A DNA stretch of 62,385 nt, filler included, from Dimargaris cristalligena (lineage: Eukaryota): assembly GCA_003614675.1 (NCBI GenBank). It is 8 parts of 8 records of this genome, joined end to end, with 100 filler letters (N's around TTAATTAATTAA, not from the genome) between each part and the next. Parts side by side here need not be neighbours in the genome. Positions count along the whole stretch, not along the records: positions 46,993 to 54,642 come from ML003395.1; positions 54,743 to 62,385 come from ML003396.1; 6 more parts are not named here. The stretch is one strand, 5' to 3'. Positions within the stretch are counted from its first letter, which is position 1, and each line of letters begins with the position of its first letter. The notes under the pieces are model-generated. The model saw nothing but the letters and a program-made list of their open reading frames with translations. It had not been told where the DNA came from and made no database searches. A program made the position numbers and the translations under genes. Positions 53,943 to 62,385 of this stretch are shown here, in pieces.

Positions 53943-54642
53943 ATGAGCGCGCCAGCTGCCAGTATGGACGCCAGTGGCCCACAGCAGCCGATGGCCACAT
54001 CCGCCGATGCTGGCATTTCCCCGTCTTCGGCCACGCCCACCGCCAACACCAGTGCAGGTACGTCATCCATAGCCACACTGATGGCACCACTAACCAGCAT
54101 GTTGCTGCTGCTGCTACTGCTACTGCCACGACAGCCTCGTCCGTCAGCGGCAATGGCATGCCCTCGCAGATGGAGCCCGCGACGCTCAATACCGCCGGCA
54201 TACCGCCCGAGATCGTCCCGGTGGCGCAGCGCTTCTTCGCCTTCACCAACAAGGTCTACATGCGCGGCCTGCTCAACAAAAAGAACGACATCATGCCCGA
54301 CGGGAAGCCGTTCAGCATACGCGACTGGACAGCGTGGTATGTCGAGCTGCGCGGGCCGGTGCTTACCTTCTGGACGACGGCCGAGCTGGCGGACGACGCG
54401 GCCCGACTGCAGCTGCTGCAAGACTCGCAGTCGCTCGAGCTCCACAAGGCGCAGACCATCCCCAACTACATCAACATCACCGACTCCGTGGCCGATGTGG
54501 TCGGCACGCTCGAGGACCGACAGTTCGTGCTTAGCCTCAACACGGCCGGCGCCAACCGCTTCTACCTCGAGGCCACCGGGCCGCAGGTCATGCTGGCCTG
54601 GGTGCGCTGCATCCGCCTCGCGTGCTACGAGGTGACGCATCT
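53943..54642 (+). CDS. Skg3/Caf120-like PH-domain protein, 3'-truncated; start uncertain
   Basis: KVYMRGLLNKKND..PDGKP...WTAWYVELRGPVLTFW...PNYINITD...LSLNTAGANRFYL...WVRCIRLACYE. The N-terminal frame is unresolved. Confidence 0.75.
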
Positions 54643-54742
54643 NNNNNNNNNNNNNNNNNNNNNNNNNNNNNNNNNNNNNNNNNNNNTTAATTAATTAANN
54701 NNNNNNNNNNNNNNNNNNNNNNNNNNNNNNNNNNNNNNNNNN

Positions 54743-56794
54743 TAGCGGGCACCGAGGGCCCGGTAGGAATCGGCCTGCATCAGGGTAATCCAGACCTGGA
54801 GCCGGAGGAAAGTACTACCAGATCGGGTGGTATAAGTATGCAGTTCCCCTAGGGCCCGCTGGGCAGTTTCGATGGCGCCACTATAATCATCGGCCTGAAC
54901 TAGGAAACACGTACGCACCGCTAATGGGAGATGAAGCGCTGAGATGACCGTCTCATCCAGGGTGTCCAGCGTGGCCAAGGCTTTCCCGGCCGCAGTGACT
55001 GAATCCCGCGGTACTTCCGCAGCCTCAGCCAAGACCGCCCGGGCCAAGGGAATCAATGGGGCATCTGGGAAAGCCGTTGCATATGATTCCAATACTTCCC
55101 GGGGCAGCTGATCTAGGGCATCGAAATCAGTGGTTTCCAGCAGGTATTCGAAAGGCAAGGGCGACAGTTGGCGTTGGCAAAGGTAACGGGCCTCTTCACC
55201 GACACGTTCGCGGAACTCCGCCGAAGTAGTACAGAGCTGGGCTTCGCGATAGAGCCGGGTAAAGTAAATAAGGTGGATAGTGTCACTGGGGGGAACACCC
55301 TCTTGTTCAGCGGCGACAAACCACGACCGGCAGTACTGGGGCAACTGGGACGCGGCCATGACCTCCTTTTCAATCCGAGGTCGCAGGATGACCAGCGGCT
55401 CCGCGCCTAGTCGGGAGCGTCTGGTTTTAACCTCCCGCTCCACGGTTTTGCGATCCCACTCTTCTTGAAGATCAATGACCCGCTGCCACACGGTTGTGTC
55501 AGATGGCTTCGCACTGGCAGCCGATATAACAGAGCCGTAGGTCCCGTCACCCGCTAGATGACACCAGGCGGTGATAATCTAGCGATAATAGACCAAGTGG
55601 CAATGTGAACACAGGTGACGCAGGCAAAATACTGACATTAGTAGATGAATAATAGGGTGAATCTAGGTAGCGTTCGACTAACTGGAATGTATAAAATGGT
55701 AGGACGCCATTATTTTGAACGGATGCTAGTTACCTTTGGCATATCTTGACTTCTTTCGGCCAAAGCGAGCTGTTTTTGCAAAATAGTCAGCAGTTTTTCC
55801 GGTTGATGACTAAACGATTTCAGGATTCAATGCAAACATGGCCGAAAAACCATCAAATATTACCGAGGTTACAGTATTTTCGGATCAATGAATTAGAATA
55901 GCCCTTTAGTTAGACAACACAGGGGTTAGGCTAAATTCACTGGTATAGCTAGAATTTTAAAACAATGACCGTTAAAGAGATATTACTTACCCCGAGTAAA
56001 ATACGTGTGCGAGTTTTTCGAGTACCGGGCCTAGGGCCTCGTCATTACCCAGTTTTTCGTAGAGCGACGCCAGACCCTATAGTTATAAGATATGGTAAAA
56101 GCGGGGACCAGTGGAGATGCCACAGGGGATGGGTGGTGAGTAACTGGTATGGTTAACGACCGGACACGATAAACCCAAAAGGGAAAGAGGGGGAGTTGCA
56201 ACGGGATGGCAAACTAGTTAGAGGTGATGTACTCTTCAAAGTATGTAACAAGTCGCCGTAACTAAGAATATATCAGATAATTACCTGCCAAGCTAGGAGT
56301 TGACTGTCATCTACGTCGATGGCTCGTTTGTAAGCGGACTCGCCCTCTTCCCAGTTCTCCTGATTTTGACAGGCAACGCCCAAGAAAATCCAACTGGGTA
56401 GGGAACACGTCGCCAAAAAGGGACAATAACACCCAAAATATTTTTTTTAAAAAAAATGCAGAGGCCAGGCGTGGCGTGGCCCGGGGGTGTCAGTATGGTA
56501 ATAGATATATAAGTTTGGTGGTTAATAATTAGGCTATTTCAAACCGTCCATACCCCCCACCCTACCCCCAAGGTAGAGTGTATTGCCCCGCGAAGTGTAA
56601 GGGGGGAGGCTTCGCTAAACCGAGTATAGACAGCGGAAGTGGGGCTTGGTCCGGAGAAATGGTAAAAAGCACACATACGCAGTATAGTTCTGGGACTCGA
56701 AGTCGAGGATGCCTTTAGCCAGCCGGTAGGCGGTGGGGTAGTCTCCCTTGCCGATGGCCTCCTTGGTTTGCTTAAGTTTGGCCTTGGCGGACAT
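54743..56794 (-). CDS. SKI3: Superkiller protein 3 (TPR; TTC37/SKIC3), 3'-truncated
   Basis: MSAKAKLKQTKEAIGKGDY...ILDFESQNYTA | WIFLGVA...AYKRAIDVD...LAWQ | GLASLYEK matches the Ski3 N-terminal TPRs; multi-exon. Confidence 0.85.
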
Positions 56795-58234
56795 AACGGT
56801 AGGCACCGAGCACGGCCAATGACCCGCAGTAATTGAGGAGGAAGAGATGGTGGTGGTGGTGGTGATGTTGTCCAAAATGGGGAATAGTAACCAAGTAAAG
56901 TTATAAATGTATATTTATAAGGGTAATGAATGGTGAATAATAGAAAAGTAGAAAAGGACCTACTGGTAAGGGTTGCATGAGCCGTATGAGGGATTGGGAT
57001 GTTGAACCACAGTAGAAACTGAGGTTAAATGTGGGTGGGTGTGGGAAGAGGGAGTGTTGAGCTGGCTTTAAAAGTCACCCATCAGCTGTTTTCAATACCT
57101 TAACCTGGATTATAACTTAAATCCTCGCAACTTGAAACTATTGACTGAACTATTACTGGAATAGAGCTATTTTACAACAGAATTCGGATGCACCGTTATT
57201 ACAAAGGTACGCTCCCCACTAAACTAGATACAGATTACTCGTAATGACACCTCGATAACATACATCTATTACACCAGCCCAGTAATAATAAAGCATGCAC
57301 CTAGGGGGTTGAGAGGCTCAGGGAATATCAATTTATATGACTTTCCGCTTGGTATTCGATAGTCTGGGTATTCGGGTTTAGGATTAAGGTAGGTTTTATT
57401 GGCAATAGAATCAAATTGCGAATGTAATGGATGTTGCGGCCGACCAGGCCTGCTTAAACCTTAAACGTATAACCCAGTCAAATTATTTTAGACATTTTTT
57501 ATATTTTTTTTGGAAAAAGTAATAACTACTACTGGAGGTAAAGTGGTTTTCACCTTCCCCCCTAGATTGACACTTTGGGGCGGCCTAGGCCCCCCTTCCA
57601 ATACCCAGTATTATATTAGGACTACCTCTTAGTTATATAAGAAGGTTGTGGGGCGTATCCCCCCAGTCTTTGTAAACAAGAGCCGCCATCATTGGCGACC
57701 CTTATTTCGGCAATTTTTCTAGTTAGACATCTTCATTATTCCTAACCGCACGTTGGGTATTCTAGTATCATAGTGATACCACTAGATCGCTACGTGTATG
57801 CTCTTTTTTATTAACCAAGTGCTCATTAAATGCCCGACGGGTATTCTCTCAATAAAGGCAAGCAATTTTACATCACCTGCCTCGCTAGCAGGTTTTTACC
57901 CGATACCCGGTACTATCTTGTCTATAGCATTACTTGTCCCAAACCCATGCATTGTGCCCCGTCCACTATGTATTGGGAGGGTCCAAGAGTGATCCCTAGT
58001 TGCCTAGTTATCCCTAGCTGAAGTCCAGACAAGAGCCGTCCCTGCCGAGCGCGAGTTTGGTCTCGAAATAATAGTTTACCACCGGGCTGGCACTACCCCA
58101 GCTGGTGCTGATACAAGGGCATCAGCTTAATTTAAATGTGGCTATAAATTCTGCCACAACAACAGGACAAAAATAAGCTAAACAATAAACTGATGGATTA
58201 ATTGTGAACGGAATTTAATATTTAAGGTTGACAA

Positions 58235-59354
58235 TCAAGCATAGTGTGCCGGATGACAGGACTTTTTCATGTGTCTTTTGAGATTACTTTCAGAAGCAAA
58301 TGGATTCTTGCAATTATCGCAGGTATAAGACTTTTCACCATTGTGTTCGTATATTGCGCATGAAGTCACGGTTACATCTAAAGTCTGCGGTGCATTCCGT
58401 GCACTTAAAAGGCCTCTCTCCAGTGTGTGTTGATATATGTCTATTGAGAGATTTTTTCTCTGTAAATTCAGCGAAGCAATCCGTGTAACCCGTGCACTTA
58501 AAAGGCCTCTCCCCGGTGTGTGTTGATATATGTCTATTGAGAGAACTTTTCTGCGCAAATTCAGCAGGGCAGTCCTTGTAATCTGTGTAATTCCTGCACT
58601 TGTAAGGCCTCTCCCCAGTGTGTCCTCGTATATGGTCATTGAGAGAACTTTGATTTGTAAATGATGCGGTGCAATCCGTGTCGTTCGCGTAATCCCTGTA
58701 ACCCGTGCACTGAAAAGGCCTTTCCCCAGTGTGTGTTCGTATATGGGTATTAAGAGAACTTTTCTGCGTAAATGAAGCAGTGCAATCCGTGTCATTCACG
58801 TTATCCCTGTAACCCGTGCACTGAAAAGGCCTCTCCCCAGTGTGTGTTCGTATATGATTATTTAGACCACCAATCCACTGAAACTGCTTAGTACACTTCT
58901 GACAGGGAAAAAACTTCTCCCGGGTGTGAGTTCGCTTATGAGCCTTAAGCTGACTGGGATATACATAGGAAATATGACATTCCTCGCAAACGTGAGGATT
59001 CTTGTTTAAAGGTGATTCTGAATTGGTCTTGCGCCGCTTTTGGGTCGTGATTGAGCTTTCACCTTGATCGCCAGCGGACGGGTTTCTCTTGTTGGGCAAT
59101 ACTGAATGACTGGCATACCAAAAGGGCTCCATGGGTTCGGGTTGTGGGTGGTGGTGGCTGTCAGGATCTAATTCTGCCGTTTCCCTTTCCTGGCGCTCGA
59201 GTGGATGGCTTACAAATGCTGATGTACTTGCAACGGCGGGATCCCTGTCTCTCCCATTTTCGGTGCCGTCCGCATCATTGATGTCACTCTCTGGGTGGGG
59301 AAGGTATACATTTGGTGTAGGTTGATAGTCGGGGTAGTCTGCGCCAAGGAACAT
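58235..59354 (-). CDS. Tandem C2H2 zinc-finger protein; last finger out of frame
   Basis: Repeated HTGERPF linkers; 7 fingers in the main ORF (the 7th lacks its His residues); an 8th finger (GEKSYTCDNC...LKRHMKKSCH) is in a shifted frame; NLS-like KRRK. Confidence 0.85.
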
Positions 59355-59918
59355 TTTGATTTGATGGGACCCAATGGCGTCGTTGTTGTCTATGGTCTGT
59401 TGTGTACTGTTAAATGCACCAATATTTTGATGATTAGGTCTGTTTCATCGCTCCACTGATCAAGGCCCGCACAAGCTCACATCTACAGGCAAATGGCTGT
59501 GAGCGGATTTTGTAAGCCTGTTACGGCCCAACCAGCCAATGGTGACACTAGTGTGGCAACCAATGAGGCAAGAGGATTTACCCACCGCTGGTTATCAATA
59601 CCAAGTGCTCCCGTCCCCCCCTCTTGCTCTGGGAGGCTCTTCCTGGTTTTATATACCCTATTCAATAAATCACCCTATGTCTATATTGCCCCTTTACCAT
59701 TTCGATATAGTGGCCCATAACAAGCTAAATAAAATAGTTCTTCCGAAAGCCCAACTCGACTATGGACAAAAAAAGAGGCATCCATAGGGAAAAGGGGGAC
59801 TCTACTTAAGTAACACAAGCGTAATTATGAAATGATAAATATGGGTATTAAGAAGTGAGGAAATAATTGAAGTTCAGTGTATTTCAAAGGGGGTGCTTTG
59901 AATAGTTGGGACATAACA

Positions 59919-60062
59919 ATATGGGAGAAGCTCATCCAGACTGTATAGCGAAAAATTCGTTGGATAAGGTAAATATTACTGGTCCAAAATGAGTATCCCA
60001 CCTATTATCCTATACACGTATCATTTAAACCCTTTTACAGCTGGGCCGAATTTCACCCATAT
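59919..60062 (+). mobile_element. MITE-like element, copy 3
   Basis: ATATGGGAGAAGCTCA...CCGAATTTCACCCATAT. Confidence 0.8.
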
Positions 60063-60349
60063 TGTACATTGATGGGAACTAGAAAAATGGATTCATTATT
60101 GTTGATCGTATGTATGTGAATAGCTAAAGAAAAGAACAAATATGAATTAAAGGTCAAATGAACAGCAAGACTACTAGACCATAGTGTATGGGGCTAGTAT
60201 ATAGCCATACATAATCGACTACCAAGAAAGACAGGTCATTAATAGTGCAATGTAGCAAAAATCAGGAAGTGCAAATAAAATGACATTATCTTAACCAGTG
60301 TCCCTATAATGCGAAACAGTATGAATGCCACTTAGACATTTGAACAGGG

Positions 60350-61540
60350 GCTGTAGTTTTCATGTACTTCATCATTCATCCAGGAACCTTTGAATATAAT
60401 CCACCCAGTGTACACAACACCACATTATACAATTCCTCATAATAAGTCGGGAATAATAGCATTGTCTTATTGGACATGCACGGTATCCAGTACCCCAGTT
60501 TAGGGACAAAGGGCCTAATGCCGGATTTCCAGTATTCATAGTGGCTATTCATTGTTTATGCACCAAAATACCTTCACTCCAACCTATGCCAAATATACCA
60601 TCCTAGTTGAAACAGCAAGGTGGATGAGCTTTGAATTAGTTCATTGGGATATGTGCTTCACTTTGAAACTTGGGAGAGTAATTTCATTAATGAAAATGTC
60701 CAACAATTGGCACACTTAGGTTGAAGCCGTAGTCCCAGCTAAAGATAGGCTGGGCTACAATGTTCGGGGGCTTCAGGTATCATGTTTTAATTTGTATAGT
60801 TTTTGCTCTTTCCAATTTACAGCAATGCACCTATCCATTAGATGTGGATAGTCTCTCCTTGTACTCTCCAAATATCATGCATGGCAAAAACAATAACACC
60901 TTTCGATACACTATCACCCAGTTACACACAAGTGTAGTCACCAGAAACTTTTCAATTCTCTTGACCGCCTATAAATACTATGGGCTATCCCGAGTTAATT
61001 TTAATCATCATCAACACTGATTTCAACTTCCAACCTTTGCCTTTCCTGCACTCAACTCCCCTCACACAATTTGGTTTTTAACCTAACTTTACCACCACCC
61101 TATCATTTAAGCCAACTTTCGCAATGTCAATGACCACTGCATATAACAACATTCCCTAAGGAAAAATTATCGGCCACCCAGGAACCCTTAGCCATGACTA
61201 CCCGGACTATGATCCCAAGGCCAATTAAACCAAGCTCCCAGCATGATGTTTTCCCACACATTTAGAAATAAGTATTGTGTATCCCTTGGACTTATCCCCA
61301 ATAATCAGAACTCTCAGTGTTTGTGGTGGGCCCAAAGTGGTCTTAGAATATCTGGAAAGGATCCCAAGCTTTCTAAGCTTGACACACTGCAGCCTAACTT
61401 TGGGTCATCAGTAATGGCATATTAATTCTTGCAAAATCAGAAACTACAAATCATACCTAATTATATGCTCTTACCTCACCACCGGATTTTTCATGACTCA
61501 GATTTGGCCATACTACATATTATCCTACAGGCCTAACACT
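60350..61540 (+). pseudogene. Possible decayed non-LTR (LINE-like) ORF2 3' region
   Basis: Broken frames with QGG../FELVHWDMCFTLKLGRVISLM..W, reminiscent of the post-RT GGLG region. Weak evidence. Confidence 0.3.
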
Positions 61541-61549
61541 GACCATCTC

Positions 61550-61649
61550 ATATAGGCAATATCATTGCCCAGTATAACCAATCACAATCAATTACTATAT
61601 ATGTATCATTCAAAACCTTATACAGCTGCACTGAATTCCACCTCTATAT
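61550..61649 (+). mobile_element. Degenerate MITE-like copy
   Basis: 3' half TATCATTCAAAACCTTATACAGCTGCACTGAATTCCACC matches the MITE family. Confidence 0.55.
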
Positions 61650-61718
61650 TTTTATTTTACAACCCTATTATGTCAATAGAGGGCAAAAAAAAAATATCCT
61701 TAAATTGATGCTATCTCT

Positions 61719-62303
61719 TATCAGACCATCTAATTTACCTTAATCTAGCTAGCTTAAATGTCTAACCATATTAGGCCTTATAGCACTATATTAACCTCCC
61801 CATGGTTACCTCCAGTACCATAGGATCAACATTTATCATATAACCCTTCCCCTTCCAGACTCTGCTTATTTATACTAATTACTCAGGTGTTAATTTATTA
61901 GACTTTTCTAGTTACTACCAAAGTCTTCCAGATACTAGCAACTATCTAGTTGGCCTATTCATCTATCCCATAGACTTAGTAGTCTCCTTTCCTTAAGATC
62001 TCCCTCTAGAGTTGTCCCCATATATATATAACTAGGCCCCATTGGGACTAGTAAGATTCCCTGGCTTATTCCTACCCCTCAGTTTACCCCCAATAAATTC
62101 TATATATACTTACTCCCCCTATATTGACTAGTAAGTGTACTTACTACACATCCCTTACATATACCTATTATAGCCTTTATTAGTTAGTACCATACTCTAT
62201 ACCTAACACTACTAACCTACTTAGATGAGCCTAAACCCTACCTACTATTAGAAGCCTATTCTTAGGACTCTTGATAGACTAAGAGTAGTTAACTTAGGTA
62301 ATA
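61719..62303 (+). mobile_element. Solo LTR, family A (585 bp)
   Basis: 5-bp TSD TCTCT (61714-61718 and 62304-62308); termini mutated to TA...TA. Confidence 0.9.
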
Positions 62304-62324
62304 TCTCTATTGTTTATTCATTCT

Positions 62325-62385
62325 TGTAAAGAACTGAAATCAAATCCTTGAAAACTGAACTTTATTTGAAAAGATAGATAATAAA
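62325..62385 (+). mobile_element. Family C repeat terminus at contig end
   Basis: Identical to 31234-31294. Confidence 0.8.

Noticed and set aside
7771-54742. Regularly spaced TTAATTAATTAA palindromes within N runs
   Set aside because: Artificial contig linkers. Gene adjacency across them is meaningless, and ORFs running into X residues are artefacts.
58235-58795. 186-aa repetitive ORF overlapping the zinc-finger gene
   Set aside because: Alternative frame of the tandem array; only its last ~35 aa (the eighth finger) are meaningful.
1-62385. CRISPR arrays, rRNA, U12-type introns, selenocysteine TGA
   Set aside because: None seen; all introns I resolved are standard GT-AG.

Overview
This window is not one locus. 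It is eight contigs of decreasing length (7770, 7748, 7740, 7736, 7716, 7682, 7650, 7643 bp) joined by 100-bp N spacers containing TTAATTAATTAA. The content is eukaryotic and fungal-like, with GT-AG introns. An INTS11 orthologue suggests an early-diverging (non-Dikarya) fungus; a Zoopagomycota/Dimargaris-like source is my inference only. Genes: partial tRNA-Met, AIF-like Rieske/FAD oxidoreductase, stand-alone tomosyn-type R-SNARE protein, small secreted propeptide, IMP3, INTS11 (partial), a hypothetical multi-exon gene, eIF2B-beta, NOC4, a secreted 3D-domain protein, BCKDHB (partial), RHO1, DRG1/RBG1 (partial), a PX-domain protein, a Skg3/Caf120-like PH protein (partial), SKI3 (partial) and a C2H2 zinc-finger array. 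Repeats: three LTR families (some nested, two with 5-bp TSDs), a decayed Gypsy integrase and a ~140-bp MITE family. The most notable signals are (1) repeat-restricted CpG and CpA/TpG to TpA hypermutation resembling RIP, which spares the short MITEs; (2) a zinc-finger array whose Cys-Cys spacers change in 9-nt steps; (3) a densely base-pairing ~240-nt element upstream of RHO1 with alternative folds; (4) a bacterial-type 3D-domain secreted protein; and (5) contig 7, which appears to come from a different organism.
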